Part shown: positions 1-10,845 of the stretch, piece after piece | Layout of the letters: each line of letters starts with the position of its first letter | How positions within the stretch are numbered: the first letter of the stretch is position 1 | From: a virus | IMG/VR virus record: IMGVR_UViG_3300024261_002043 | Coordinates: 46,589-110,588 of that record | Reading direction: 5' to 3' (one strand) | DNA: 64,000 nt | Notes under the pieces: generated by a model | The model's input: the letters and a program-made list of their open reading frames with translations, nothing else | Databases searched by the model: none | What the model was told of the DNA's origin: nothing | Position numbers and translations under genes: made by a program

Positions 1-113
1 ACTTTATCTGTTTTTACATTAATACCCTGGTAAAAGGGAGATACGGACCCTGTGAGGGTTGCTCTTGTACCTTTTGTTAGGCTTCCGCTTAATACTCTGT
101 CACTATCCGCCAT
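1..113 (-). CDS. Partial gene (N-terminus only, runs off the window); probable virion structural protein
   Basis: ATG at 113, just after the stop of the 1174-aa gene. Hand translation MADSDRVLSGSLTKGTRATLTGSVSPFYQGINVKTDK is open to the window edge. Confidence 0.6.
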   Translation of the reverse strand, partial: MADSDRVLSGSLTKGTRATLTGSVSPFYQGINVKTDK

Positions 114-117
114 CTTG

Positions 118-3100
118 CTACCGCCTCTTCATATTAGCTATCAGCTGTCTTAGGTAAAGCGCGCCTTTAAGATTGCGTCTATCGTTTACCCCCAAATATA
201 TGTCACCAGATCCGTAGGCTACCCTAGGGCGCTCTAAAATATGCGGTTCGACAATCATATTAAATCCTAGATAGTTAGTCTTTTTAGGTATTAGATTTTC
301 TATTATTATATCGAAAGACTCATCTAACCATCTGAAGAATTCAAAAAATGCGGTGTAGTTCACACTACCAGTTAGACGATTAAAATATATTTCTCTTAAC
401 CTTGTTAGTCCCTGGTATTCTGTCGCGAACATATTTTCTGGCCCACCTATAATATTCTCCAAAGACTCTAGCGTAGCGAATATTTTTATAATATCCTCAT
501 TCAGCGCTTGAGCAACAGAGAACTCTATAGAAAATCTTACATCATCCATCGGCTCAAGATCAGGAGGCAATTCGTATATTGGAGCGAATGAAGAGTCAAA
601 GTCTACTACGTTTTGAGCAAGATCCATACCAGCAAGTCTAACTTTATTATCGTCAGATATTTCGTCAAACACCGGAGATATTATAGAGAAGTCAAATCTT
701 TCAGGCTTTATTATTTGCACGCTTTGCTCAAATCCTCTTAGATATCCAACATTGCTACTGCTACCAGTGTTTAATAAAGATTGCTGTGAAAAATCGACTA
801 ACTCCAGGTATCCAGATGAATTAGACGCAGTCAAAGGTTGATCCGTTGATAAATCAAGACGTAATCTTTCAAACGAACCGGTTACCTCGCTGTTAAAACC
901 AAAATTTACCAGTGGCTCGTCGACGCCTAAAGACAGAAAGCTTCTAGCATGCTCTTTCACCTCTTTATCAGATAAAGCTTTAGACCAAAAACGAAAATGT
1001 CCTGACTTGCCGGCAAATGCTGTTGTCCGTGCAATATCAGGCACAGTAGAATGGTTTAAGAAATAATTCTTTGTAGTATCTATGCTTTGGTGGCCTACTA
1101 CTAAAAACGATCCAGAGTTGTTGATCGCTGCTGAAGTTGTTGGATTACTTTTTAATTGTAGCGCGTTTGGTATGGCACCTAAAGCTGTTTGTGGCGCTTC
1201 TAAAAACAACGAAGATGTGGTATACATCTCGACTATTTCACCAGACTCCTGGCGAGACAGATTTATGAAGTAGCTAGATGATACTTCACTTTCAATAGCG
1301 TCATTTCTTTTTCTGCCGATTGATGTGTACCATTTGTTCCCGTCGAAGATATTCGCGCCGGTCAACTTGAGGCTGAGTGTTTCATCTGTGGAGCTGAATC
1401 CGGGTCTGCAATATAGCGTTAGATCTGGATTGTCTGTATCTTCGTCTATATTGGGGTTAGCTACTAAATTTAAAATAACACCATGAGTTGGTGACGACCC
1501 TGTTACATGTATTCGAAACAAGCTTTGTGGTGACCGAAATGATTTTGCTACAGGAAACTTAAACCGGCCCTCGACTGTCCAACTTCCAGATGTTAACAGC
1601 CCGTCGTTTTCATTATCAGAAATGCCGTGTGGGGGAAATGATCCAATAGATTCAAATAACCCAGCAGGAGCTGGGGCGCCAAGCTCAAGACGAGATGATG
1701 ATAAGTACGGGCTAACCAAATTTGGCTTGCTAGAGTTGAAGCCCTGGCTATCGATAGTTGATGATGGGTCGTATGTTATACTTCCTGAGAAATCTGTTAA
1801 CGTTGAGACCTCTGTTATGTTTCTTCTTGACTTTCCTAAGCGCAGCTCTCTTGATCCTCCGTACTCGACAAACCGAAACATTCTGTTTGGATCAATACCA
1901 GCAGATCTAAATAACGACTTTATAGCATGAACAGTACCTTTTGACGTTATAACTTCATTCATGTTTGTCAGTATTCTACGCCACATTTCATTTTGTAGTA
2001 ACTTTAGCGAATCCGTCTCTCCCCCTGCGCCGGCAACACCCTCACCAGAAAAGAATTGATCGTAATTTGCGTTCTTAAACAGGTTTGGAAGATCGAAACC
2101 GTAATACTCAGCTAAAAATGGCAGCATTTGATCAGCTACGCTTACAGATGAATCATAATCGATATGTACCATTTCAGAAACATGGTCAATCATCATCTTT
2201 AGTTCGTCAAAACTTCTTGCCCACGTAAAAAGTAGCGCAGATATTATCTGTGGTTGACCTATTTTTGTGGAACCCGGTAATGCGTATTTGTCTGCCGTAC
2301 TTTTTATACCTTCGTAGGTTCCTCCTTCTCGTGAGTCACCAGTCGACGTCATAGACGCGCGAGCGATGTCTAAATAATGTTCAGGGATTAAGCTGGTTAT
2401 GATATTAGGATTATTCTCATCGTAAGTAGAGCCGCTAGTCAGTAAGTCTTCATTTAATGCGACAATATCTGCATGACCCGGAAATAACGTGGGATGATAA
2501 TCTTTTTCCTCGTACTTGTATAAGCTGTCTACAGGCTTTGCTACTCTTACTTTGGCAGAATAGTTTGATATCCTAGAATGCAAACTTTGACCTGAATGAT
2601 CCAGCACAACATCTGAATTTGCGTATGAACCAGTGGCTTCGTTAAATCTAAGACTCAGCTTGGGATCTTCCTCAGCATATAGCGTTCTAACAGAATATCG
2701 ATCTATTTCCTGAGCACTTCTTGTTTTGTGAAATACCCTAAAGTTGTTTATAGATCCTGATAACGTTTGAGTCGGTGTAAAAGTAGTCGTCGACGACCCG
2801 GTGCCAATCAGAAATGGGCTACCACCAGTGTTTATAGATCCAAAAGATGATCTAGACGATACACCCAAAGTTTTAGAACCACTCATTATGAAGCTTTTGT
2901 TTGAAGAAGGAGAGTTATCATATGAAAGACATATGTGCGAAAACTTTCCTTTCTCTAAAGACGCGCTGTTTTGTAATACTAGTGACCCGCTTAAAACGTC
3001 AAATTTGACGTCGACGTTGTCAGCTACAGCTGACGACGCCTCCAAGTATGCGGCGTAGCCCACTCCTTCGCTAGATATATGATGGAATATGTATTGAGGT

Positions 3101-3642
3101 TCTGACTTTTCATTTGGCACGGAAATGTCTAACTCTATAAAAAATGAATTGTTGTTCGGACTTAGTATCGTTGCTCCATCACTTCTTTTTGATATTGAAG
3201 GAAACGTAACTCCTGCCCTATCATTAACATGTATGTATTGATCGTCATCAAAGGTCAGATATCCGGTATACGAAGGATAACGGTTTAAGATATAGTTCTC
3301 AAAACCCGTTAGGTTATCTAACCAGTTATCGTACTCTTTCCTAGTGCCGTCAAAGGGGAACTGATTTATTATTTTTTCAAATGCAAGATTGACGTTAGTC
3401 ATAGCAGAGGAAAAGAATGTGTGATTTTCAAAATTTGAATAATCAACAGGCAGCTGCTGCGTGCTACGAAGAGGAGAACCAGGGGGATCTAGTCTAAATG
3501 ATCCTGTCAAACTATCTGGAGCTGATCCACTCATGGAATTTTGATTTTGCTCTTTTAAAACTCCTGTAGATGTTGTAAAGCGCCGGACAACCCTGGGTGT
3601 AAATAACCTTTGGTTCTGGAATATTCTTTTCTTCCTTGACAT
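118..3642 (-). CDS. Large baseplate/tail structural protein with LamG (concanavalin A-like) domains and a tail-protein-I/gp7-like segment
   Basis: LamG-like motifs (FSHICLSYD...FLIG...LSGSINNFRVF; FAGKSGHFRFWSKALS). LPFLAEYYGFDL...WRRILTN...SKGTVHAIKSLF resembles the wedge/tail-I motif. Downstream of gp6 and gp25. Confidence 0.7.
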   Translation of the reverse strand: MSRKKRIFQNQRLFTPRVVRRFTTSTGVLKEQNQNSMSGSAPDSLTGSFRLDPPGSPLRSTQQLPVDYSNFENHTFFSSAMTNVNLAFEKIINQFPFDGTRKEYDNWLDNLTGFENYILNRYPSYTGYLTFDDDQYIHVNDRAGVTFPSISKRSDGATILSPNNNSFFIELDISVPNEKSEPQYIFHHISSEGVGYAAYLEASSAVADNVDVKFDVLSGSLVLQNSASLEKGKFSHICLSYDNSPSSNKSFIMSGSKTLGVSSRSSFGSINTGGSPFLIGTGSSTTTFTPTQTLSGSINNFRVFHKTRSAQEIDRYSVRTLYAEEDPKLSLRFNEATGSYANSDVVLDHSGQSLHSRISNYSAKVRVAKPVDSLYKYEEKDYHPTLFPGHADIVALNEDLLTSGSTYDENNPNIITSLIPEHYLDIARASMTSTGDSREGGTYEGIKSTADKYALPGSTKIGQPQIISALLFTWARSFDELKMMIDHVSEMVHIDYDSSVSVADQMLPFLAEYYGFDLPNLFKNANYDQFFSGEGVAGAGGETDSLKLLQNEMWRRILTNMNEVITSKGTVHAIKSLFRSAGIDPNRMFRFVEYGGSRELRLGKSRRNITEVSTLTDFSGSITYDPSSTIDSQGFNSSKPNLVSPYLSSSRLELGAPAPAGLFESIGSFPPHGISDNENDGLLTSGSWTVEGRFKFPVAKSFRSPQSLFRIHVTGSSPTHGVILNLVANPNIDEDTDNPDLTLYCRPGFSSTDETLSLKLTGANIFDGNKWYTSIGRKRNDAIESEVSSSYFINLSRQESGEIVEMYTTSSLFLEAPQTALGAIPNALQLKSNPTTSAAINNSGSFLVVGHQSIDTTKNYFLNHSTVPDIARTTAFAGKSGHFRFWSKALSDKEVKEHARSFLSLGVDEPLVNFGFNSEVTGSFERLRLDLSTDQPLTASNSSGYLELVDFSQQSLLNTGSSSNVGYLRGFEQSVQIIKPERFDFSIISPVFDEISDDNKVRLAGMDLAQNVVDFDSSFAPIYELPPDLEPMDDVRFSIEFSVAQALNEDIIKIFATLESLENIIGGPENMFATEYQGLTRLREIYFNRLTGSVNYTAFFEFFRWLDESFDIIIENLIPKKTNYLGFNMIVEPHILERPRVAYGSGDIYLGVNDRRNLKGALYLRQLIANMKRR

Positions 3643-3643
3643 T

Positions 3644-5215
3644 CTAGACCACCCTAAACGCTATATTTTCTAATTTGACTAATCTTTCTACACTCATGTC
3701 ATTTACCAAAAGCTCTATAGAGTAGATTCTTCCCTTTGGTAAACCTGACGGCTTGAAGCTTATAAACATTCCAGATGCATCGGTTGAAACTTTTGTTGAG
3801 TTACGTTTTTTATCGAACGGAATAATAACTTTTCCTGTTTCTACATCAACGATCCTATAGTAACATGAATCTACAACTATGCTTTTTCTAGTTCTTGGAA
3901 GCTTATACGAGTTTTCGGTTGCCTCTGCGTCTAAGTCTTCTACGAACAATCTGACAGATACCGTCGAACTGTCTTTGTATTCTGATTGCGCACCAACAGG
4001 AGTTATATACAGTCTTCTGTTAGAAAATCCGGATATAGATCTATTCGACTTTTTAACAGTTATCGAACCAGAATAAAAACTCGTAGATAAATCGTTAGTT
4101 GACCAGATCTCTTTAAGCTCTACCTCACCTCTAGTTTTAGGTGTTTGACCAAAGAATGTTGTGTTAAATCTGCTTAGGTTAAATGTCCCAGAATACACTC
4201 CTGTCATTCCTTGACCGGTTGATGAACCGGTATGCTGCGATGCCAAAACAGTAAATGTTGTTTCGCTCTTTGTTCCTGAGCCTGAAACAAACCTAAGAGT
4301 TACACAATTTTGCCCCGTTAATTGAGTCAATGAAGCATCACTAATTAGGTTTGCAGGGTTTCCTGATTCAAAGTTTTTAAGGAATAAAGATGATGATAGA
4401 TTAAACTGCAAATCTAGATGTCTATCCCTTATTGAGTCATCCCAGGTAAGTACTAATCGCGGTCGTAATAGACTATTTTTAGATTGTCTTGACAAAAACC
4501 TTTTTACGAACCTTGTCTTTGTATCACTTTCATCAGATCCGCTAAACGCTATTCTAAAGCCTTTGTTAGGTATATGACCTACTAAGGAAGCAGATACAGC
4601 TGTCGTTACGTCAAGAAATAGATCACCGGGTCCTTCGTCAAAATACTTGGATGAACCAAAATCAACGACTGTACCATCTGCTAGCGTTCCCGTTGTTACA
4701 TAGTCACCAGCTACGGGGGTTTCATCTATTCCTGACAATGGACAAGCCTGTCCTGCTCCAGACATGATCCAAGAAACATTCGAACCATCTAAATAAGACG
4801 CGGTTAGAAAATTTGCTGTATCGACATCTGAGAACTGTGATGTACTTCTGCCGGCGCCTTCGTCGAACGCCACCGCTAAGGGGTTACATAGAATGCTAAA
4901 GTTTCTTGGGACCGGTGTACCGGAAGGAACCTCAAATAACTGTAGTTCTGCCTTAAAAGAACTGCTATGTATGTTTAGCGATGATGACAACAGAGGCGGT
5001 ATTTCAGAGTAGTCAAACTTTACTAAAATTCTGCTTAACTCTTCAACTGAAGATGTTACTCTAGTCGAGCCTGACATGAAACTGGACTCATCGTACAGCT
5101 TAAATAAGTCTAAAGTACCGGCGCGGCCGACGTTTGCATCTGCTGCCCTAAACTTGTTTGAGATAATTTTGTTTGTAATGTATGTATCTGCGCTTGCTGT
5201 TATTATATAAAACAT
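3644..5215 (-). CDS. Virion structural protein (DNRLRE-like beta-sandwich N-terminus)
   Basis: ASADTYI...SRILVKFD...RPRLVLTWDD pattern; Ser/Thr/Gly-rich; inside the baseplate cluster. Confidence 0.5.
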   Translation of the reverse strand: MFYIITASADTYITNKIISNKFRAADANVGRAGTLDLFKLYDESSFMSGSTRVTSSVEELSRILVKFDYSEIPPLLSSSLNIHSSSFKAELQLFEVPSGTPVPRNFSILCNPLAVAFDEGAGRSTSQFSDVDTANFLTASYLDGSNVSWIMSGAGQACPLSGIDETPVAGDYVTTGTLADGTVVDFGSSKYFDEGPGDLFLDVTTAVSASLVGHIPNKGFRIAFSGSDESDTKTRFVKRFLSRQSKNSLLRPRLVLTWDDSIRDRHLDLQFNLSSSLFLKNFESGNPANLISDASLTQLTGQNCVTLRFVSGSGTKSETTFTVLASQHTGSSTGQGMTGVYSGTFNLSRFNTTFFGQTPKTRGEVELKEIWSTNDLSTSFYSGSITVKKSNRSISGFSNRRLYITPVGAQSEYKDSSTVSVRLFVEDLDAEATENSYKLPRTRKSIVVDSCYYRIVDVETGKVIIPFDKKRNSTKVSTDASGMFISFKPSGLPKGRIYSIELLVNDMSVERLVKLENIAFRVV

Positions 5216-5222
5216 TTTCTTC

Positions 5223-7067
5223 TTATCTCACTGTCACGACGATGTCATCAGATGGATACCTTACTTCAAACATAGAGCCATTTGGACCTACAATCATTTC
5301 TTGTATCGTATTCCCATCTACACTAAACGTAACGTCGCTGTACGTTCTGGTGTCTATTTTTCCGCTTAGATTAGAAACTTTAAAGTCTACCAAAGATATT
5401 ACTCCGTCGCTGTTTAATATCGCGTTCATAATATCTGCCTTCGGAATAGGTTGGTCAATTTGCATGTTTCTTATATCTAATAGGTTCTTAAGATTTATTA
5501 TAATCCTTTGTGCAACTTGATTTTTATTAGAATCTGGATGTGCAACGACGTCTATGAAGACACCTAGATTAATAACAGCAGAGTCCATGATGTCATACGC
5601 ATCGCTAACAGCCCTATATTCATTTAGATATTTTCTTAAATTCTTCTTCAAGGTATCTGACGACATCTTTAACTTTCCAGATCTATCTCTTGATACTATG
5701 AAAATTTGAGATGCCAAAGAATTAATAGGGTTTGGTCGTATGCCAACCCTGAATACCCTACCGAATGCATTTGGCAAAGTGTATATTCTAGCTATCAGGT
5801 CTGACTTTGTTACAATTCTTGATTGACTATTTCTACTGGCAGGTATTTGTGACCTTAGCTCTTCTATAGTCGGTGCGCGGTCACCGTCTAAAGCAGGAAG
5901 AGGGTTTGTAACGTCTATACTAGACCTCACTGCCGCGGCTTCTGCAGCTAACGCAGCTTGTGGAAACTTTAAAAATAATCTTGTTATTGTGCGTACAGAC
6001 CCTGCGCCGACATTGTGCTTTAGACCTCCGCCGGCCCTATATGATATAGTAACAGTTGTGTTTCTAGGCGATATTCCCAACGTTTGAGTCTGCATCATCT
6101 TGTTAGGGTCTATGGTAAATCTAGAAAACGTTTTCTTACCGTATAGTGGCAAAGCTAAATCAGAGGGATCTGGAAGCAGATCATTATCCGTTGTCTGGGC
6201 GTCACCTGACCCGAATTGGACTGTTGTTAATTTTGTATCGTAGTCATAGTCTGTTATGAACCTATAGGGTGCCGGAGCAACTTCGAGATTATACTCTACG
6301 TCGTCACTATCATAAGCTTTATTCATGATCCTTTTAAATACAGTATCTTGAGACAAGGACTCTACTTCGTAATATTCATTCCCATCGCTATCCTTTACGC
6401 TGACTATATCTGTTACATTTTCATCAGGTAATATCAGCTTGCGGAACGCTTTTCTAACATTAGGTATCGGAAATGACTCATCTTTTCTTGTACCAGATAT
6501 TGTTAGACCCGACATGATTACAACAAATGATGTCGGGTTGTTACTCGCGTCAGTAGCAACAACAACCGACTCATATAGATAATTTCCGTCCTTATCTTTT
6601 TTAGAGAAATCTAAATCATCCATTAGAGTAAAGCTAACACCGTCATTAGAAACGAATGTTGTGGATGACTGTACGACGGGAAGCAGATTTCTCTTAGGTA
6701 TGTATTGACCCTCTAATACTTCTGCTGGCAGCTCAAAATATATTTTTATCATAGCGACAGAAGGATTTGCGCCTCGCGCTTTGACACCAGCATTTCTTAG
6801 ATGCCTCTTTATGTTTTTATTCTCTACAGCCGTTGACCAGTTTAGCTCATTAAATTGATGATCCAAATAATAAGACATAGTGTCACCAACATATGACGCC
6901 ATATCTAAAAGTAGACCTCCTAGCCCTGGCTCTGTAAAGTCCTGTATCTTATCTGAAAAGAATAATTTAGCATGAGAAAATAATTCATTCCGAAAAGACT
7001 GGAAGTCTTTTGCAAGATAATTTCTCTTGTTAGCATTCTTCAGCTGCTTCTTAACGTTAATCGCCAT
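5223..7067 (-). CDS. Baseplate wedge protein, T4 gp6/baseplate-J-like
   Basis: YLAKDFQSFRNEL...QDFTEPGLGGLLLDMASYVGDTMSYYLD, QFGSG, YRAGGG, SQSRIVTKSD are hallmark gp6-family motifs. Confidence 0.88.
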   Translation of the reverse strand: MAINVKKQLKNANKRNYLAKDFQSFRNELFSHAKLFFSDKIQDFTEPGLGGLLLDMASYVGDTMSYYLDHQFNELNWSTAVENKNIKRHLRNAGVKARGANPSVAMIKIYFELPAEVLEGQYIPKRNLLPVVQSSTTFVSNDGVSFTLMDDLDFSKKDKDGNYLYESVVVATDASNNPTSFVVIMSGLTISGTRKDESFPIPNVRKAFRKLILPDENVTDIVSVKDSDGNEYYEVESLSQDTVFKRIMNKAYDSDDVEYNLEVAPAPYRFITDYDYDTKLTTVQFGSGDAQTTDNDLLPDPSDLALPLYGKKTFSRFTIDPNKMMQTQTLGISPRNTTVTISYRAGGGLKHNVGAGSVRTITRLFLKFPQAALAAEAAAVRSSIDVTNPLPALDGDRAPTIEELRSQIPASRNSQSRIVTKSDLIARIYTLPNAFGRVFRVGIRPNPINSLASQIFIVSRDRSGKLKMSSDTLKKNLRKYLNEYRAVSDAYDIMDSAVINLGVFIDVVAHPDSNKNQVAQRIIINLKNLLDIRNMQIDQPIPKADIMNAILNSDGVISLVDFKVSNLSGKIDTRTYSDVTFSVDGNTIQEMIVGPNGSMFEVRYPSDDIVVTVR

Positions 7068-7073
7068 AAATCT

Positions 7074-7571
7074 TTATCCTGCGCTATATAGAAGTACTTC
7101 TATCGTTCTTAGTTCTGTTCTTAATTTAGGGATCTTATAGCTAATACTAATCCCTATCTTTGCAACATCCTTATTATCAAAGTGATCAACAAATGGAGAG
7201 AATGTTTCAAGAGAAATATAAGGCATGTATTTCATAACTGCCTTACTAACCCTTGACATAGCTTCAGATTGAGCACCTTCATCTTGCATTTCAAAAGTTA
7301 GCTCTGCTAAGTTAGCTCCGAAATCAGGTAAACCTAATCGTTCGCCTTTATTCGTAAGGATTAAATTCTGTAGATTATCATGAATTTGATCTGGGAAATT
7401 ACGATGCATCTCTAGAAAACTTTTCCCATCATCAGATAACGCTACAGGTGTTTTTATACCTACTGGAGGTACCTCTACCTGTGAATTTGCCAGCTTACCA
7501 CTTTGCTCTACAGATACGCCTGAAGACTTAAAACTGTAAACTTTTCTATCAGAAACTCTTGTTATTGCCAT
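7074..7571 (-). CDS. Baseplate protein, T4 gp25/GPW-like
   Basis: QIHDNLQNLILTNKGERLGLPDFGANL matches the gp25 family; adjacent to gp6. Confidence 0.9.
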   Translation of the reverse strand: MAITRVSDRKVYSFKSSGVSVEQSGKLANSQVEVPPVGIKTPVALSDDGKSFLEMHRNFPDQIHDNLQNLILTNKGERLGLPDFGANLAELTFEMQDEGAQSEAMSRVSKAVMKYMPYISLETFSPFVDHFDNKDVAKIGISISYKIPKLRTELRTIEVLLYSAG

Positions 7572-7587
7572 TTTGTACCACCGTACC

Positions 7588-7594
7588 TAAATAT
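7588..7594 (-). promoter_or_regulatory. Candidate late promoter ATATTTA upstream of the gp25-like gene
   Basis: The same ATA(T/C)TTA heptamer recurs in short intergenic gaps before several structural genes. Confidence 0.4.
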
Positions 7595-7623
7595 CAAGGC
7601 GAAAAAAATAGTGGCACTTATAA

Positions 7624-7920
7624 CTAGTTTAGTGTGCCATTACCCGCGCCGAAGCCTGTACCGACCACTGGACCGGTTGGACCGGCACCTACAACTGCGG
7701 TATTCACAGATGTAACTACTACAGCGGCAGTAGCATATGCATGAATTGCAGCAGCCAGATCTTTGGCAATTTGCCTGTTTATAGCTGCTGGACTAACTTC
7801 TACATCTACGTCGCCAGGGTTGATATAGTCTGTCCTTGCTTTTTCCAGCGCGTTAAAGATTGCTAATTCTAACGGTACCTTCGCTACTCCTAGTGGCATA
7901 ATATCCTCCTCATTCGCCAA
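7624..7920 (-). CDS. Small baseplate protein, possibly a spike-tip protein
   Basis: Lies between the hub/spike and gp25 genes; helix IAKDLAAAIHAY followed by a Gly/Val/Pro-rich tail. Confidence 0.45.
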   Translation of the reverse strand: MANEEDIMPLGVAKVPLELAIFNALEKARTDYINPGDVDVEVSPAAINRQIAKDLAAAIHAYATAAVVVTSVNTAVVGAGPTGPVVGTGFGAGNGTLN

Positions 7921-9736
7921 ATATCCTGTCAGATTTTAAGGTTTCTATTTCTGACTTTCTTGCATCCATAGCCGTGTTTAATGCATTCGCGGCAGTGTTT
8001 ATTTGCGGAGATGGTGCGCCATAACCGGGGGTGGTATGTGTTAGTAGCTTACTACAGAATGACTTGACATCATCCATTACTTTATTAAGTAGATCCTCTA
8101 GCTGCTGGTATCTAACATATGGTTGGGACTCTCCCTCACCGGGACCCGTACCTACTCCACCATCAGCAGTTGCACGGCCGAGAACTATTTTCGAGCCGTT
8201 TATTTGTATAGTGCCGTCAGGCAGTATCATTATAGCTCCTAGATCATCAGCTGGTGACCCCTCTTTTATTAACCTGATTGAACCATTAATCTCCGGGGCA
8301 CCAGGCGCTGGTTCGTCAGCAGCAGCCTTTCTAGCTATAATCCTGATTTCATCTGCCTTAGCTAATATAGCTGATGGATTTTCATCAGTCTTGTTTACTA
8401 GATCAAAACTACCAAAGCTTTCTCCAATAGCAGTAGGTATTGCAACGCCTTGCTCACTAATACTAAAGTTTTCATCTACATTTGTTGCATGTGAAATAAG
8501 CAGTCTTGCAGCATCGCCAAAATAATCAGGATCACCTTCTGTGGGGTTATCAGCTCTATTTAGCTCGGCATTATCTGACTCTTGTGGGTTCTTGTTTACC
8601 TCTACCCAAGCCTGTCGACCTTTTTCCGGATCAGGTGAGTTTTTTATTACTCTTGCAGCTGGTGGAAACGGTTCATCAGTCTCGCTATTACCTACAAATC
8701 TCCAGTTGTATCTTCCTCTGCCCGCTACAATGTCTATTGATCCCCAATGCTTTTCCTTTCTACCCTCTATTACATCTTCTGTTTCTGTCGCATTAGAATA
8801 CTCACTAGATGCAGGATCATCAGTTTTTTTCCAGCCTCTTTCTTCGCCTAAACAAATAAGCGTGTTGTTTGATCCTTGTATTACTAGATCACCGGGTCTC
8901 TTAGTATACCGAGGGACGTCTTGAGTTCTAAACTGTCTATATCCTGTCGCTATATTTACAATATCTTCGTAAGAGTATTCTTCCTTAAGGGTGAACGCAT
9001 CCTGATCGCCTGTACCATTGGGGAAGCCAAATATTCTATCATCTATACCGTTACCATCCTTGTCCAGTGGCTCTGTTCCAGCTTCTGCTTGTCCCGTGTC
9101 ATCTGGTGTTGCGGGTGTTACACCCTCTTTTTGCTTAACAGACGTCGCAGCATCAGCCTTATCTTTCGCTGTCTTAGGCACAAGAGAGCCAGCAAACTTT
9201 CTATCACCATGAGTAAAGTTAACATCGTCAATATGATCTGGCTCTGTTATTCTACACATCCAATACATTATCTTTTGCGGAATATCGGGCGAATCTGCCA
9301 CTAGCCAAACTTGCTCACCAGGTTTTAGGGGCATGCACAAATGAGGAGGAAAGAATGGGTAAGCTAAAATACCGACCTCTCCTAACTTTTCTTTTTTAGC
9401 TATAGTCTCTTTTTCTTTTTTGGCCTTGGCTTTTTCTTCTTCGCTAGGTTTTTCGGTCGCTTCGGTAGCGGATTTGTCTTTTCCACCAGATATAACTCTA
9501 GCGATTATAGAGTTTCTAGGCGCGGTCGCAAGTAGGTCAGGTGAGTCAACTAGTGCCTTCATTTCCTCTACGTCTTCCTCAGGAAATGCCGCTAGATCAT
9601 ATAGCACTTCAACAACTACAGCTCTAGTTAATACAGTGGTTGCAGGTGCGGTATCTTGATTTCTTACCGTTTCAGCAACAGAAGAGTTAGTTTGTAAGGA
9701 TTCTGATATCGCATCCTTACCGGAGCCTACAGCCAT
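7910..9736 (-). CDS. Baseplate hub / central spike protein (gp5/VgrG-like OB fold plus beta-helix)
   Basis: AYPFFPPHLCMPLKPGEQVWLV (OB-fold type), RPGDLVIQGSNNTLICLG, C-terminal HTTPGYGAPSPQIN; position upstream of gp25. Confidence 0.65.
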   Translation of the reverse strand: MAVGSGKDAISESLQTNSSVAETVRNQDTAPATTVLTRAVVVEVLYDLAAFPEEDVEEMKALVDSPDLLATAPRNSIIARVISGGKDKSATEATEKPSEEEKAKAKKEKETIAKKEKLGEVGILAYPFFPPHLCMPLKPGEQVWLVADSPDIPQKIMYWMCRITEPDHIDDVNFTHGDRKFAGSLVPKTAKDKADAATSVKQKEGVTPATPDDTGQAEAGTEPLDKDGNGIDDRIFGFPNGTGDQDAFTLKEEYSYEDIVNIATGYRQFRTQDVPRYTKRPGDLVIQGSNNTLICLGEERGWKKTDDPASSEYSNATETEDVIEGRKEKHWGSIDIVAGRGRYNWRFVGNSETDEPFPPAARVIKNSPDPEKGRQAWVEVNKNPQESDNAELNRADNPTEGDPDYFGDAARLLISHATNVDENFSISEQGVAIPTAIGESFGSFDLVNKTDENPSAILAKADEIRIIARKAAADEPAPGAPEINGSIRLIKEGSPADDLGAIMILPDGTIQINGSKIVLGRATADGGVGTGPGEGESQPYVRYQQLEDLLNKVMDDVKSFCSKLLTHTTPGYGAPSPQINTAANALNTAMDARKSEIETLKSDRIFGE

Positions 9737-9739
9737 TGT

Positions 9740-10108
9740 TTACTCCTGTATCCTTGAAAATAGATCATCTGAGTTTATAGCATTATGTTCGTTTTCAGAC
9801 TTAGATATTATTTCTGCTAATTTGATCATTTGATCATTCGCTTTATTCATTCTTTCTAGATATTTTGACAGTGTTGATCCTAAGGTCGCATGTTCAGTAG
9901 TACCTTGAGACATAGTCGTATATGCTTCTACAAAAAGTATATGAGCATTTTGCCGATCTAAAACAGCGTTTTCATAAATCTCTTTCCACAAAATTCTCTT
10001 CTTCGAATCGGCATGCTCTATTTTTTCAAGAACCTTAGCAAAATCATCGACCCTCTTTTTTAAATCATCAAACTCTTGTAACGTAGATGTCACTTTTTCA
10101 ACAGTCAT
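9740..10108 (-). CDS. Hypothetical helical protein
   Basis: 122-aa ORF with GGAG RBS, tightly packed in the operon. Confidence 0.6.
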   Translation of the reverse strand: MTVEKVTSTLQEFDDLKKRVDDFAKVLEKIEHADSKKRILWKEIYENAVLDRQNAHILFVEAYTTMSQGTTEHATLGSTLSKYLERMNKANDQMIKLAEIISKSENEHNAINSDDLFSRIQE

Positions 10109-10116
10109 TTTTTCTC

Positions 10117-10845
10117 CTACAAAAGGTCTACTATCTTTTCATCATGTACGATTGTCTTATAGTGCTTTCTTATTCTAGACATCGCAACAGACAGCTGCTT
10201 AGAGTTTAGGCCAGATATCTCTCTTATATATACATAGATTGCACGCTTATTTAAGAAGTCTAAATTTTCAACATTCTCAAATACTTTTCTAATCGCGTCG
10301 ATGCATAGGACTTCGTTAGGCTTCTTTATACGACTCTCTAGCTCGTCTATGACTTTGAACATTTCATTTTTTAGATTTCTTTTTTCTAAAATCTCATCAG
10401 GGCCAGGGACAACTTGATAATTCGCAATTTTATGTTTGTCAGCAGAGCTTAGATGAGCCATTTCTGACATAGAGACGTGGCGATGGAAATTCTTTTTTGC
10501 GTTTCGGCATCTTATTATAAGCCAGTTTTTTGCAACAACGTTAAAATATGAAAAAGCCTTTGTACCTCTAGCAGGATCCCATTTATGTATTGTCTCGTAT
10601 AGAAACGCAACGCAATCTGTCTTCATAGACAATACTGTTTCATACGGAGACTTAAATCCGTAAACATATATCAAGCTTTCGGCTAGCTGATCGAACGCTG
10701 GAGCTATTTTTTCTTTGTATATTACAGCGCGCTTAGACCTGTCTTCTTCCCCCTGGTATTCTTCTATCGAGGCCTGTGTATCCTTAGTAAAATACATATT
10801 CCTCTTTTGTCCAGGCTTTCTTCTTATTATCTTTTTCTTTTTCAT
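10117..10845 (-). CDS. Phage sigma factor, T4 gp55-like (late transcription)
   Basis: MYFTKDTQASIEEY...KWDPARGTKAFSYFNVVAKNWLI matches sigma region 2 of gp55-type phage sigmas. Confidence 0.72.
   Translation of the reverse strand: MKKKKIIRRKPGQKRNMYFTKDTQASIEEYQGEEDRSKRAVIYKEKIAPAFDQLAESLIYVYGFKSPYETVLSMKTDCVAFLYETIHKWDPARGTKAFSYFNVVAKNWLIIRCRNAKKNFHRHVSMSEMAHLSSADKHKIANYQVVPGPDEILEKRNLKNEMFKVIDELESRIKKPNEVLCIDAIRKVFENVENLDFLNKRAIYVYIREISGLNSKQLSVAMSRIRKHYKTIVHDEKIVDLL

Noticed and set aside
5223-9736. Baseplate genes as a bacterial T6SS or eCIS locus
   Set aside because: No Tss membrane complex or ClpV genes. The context (gp55-like sigma, S74 fibres, early small-ORF region) indicates a phage.
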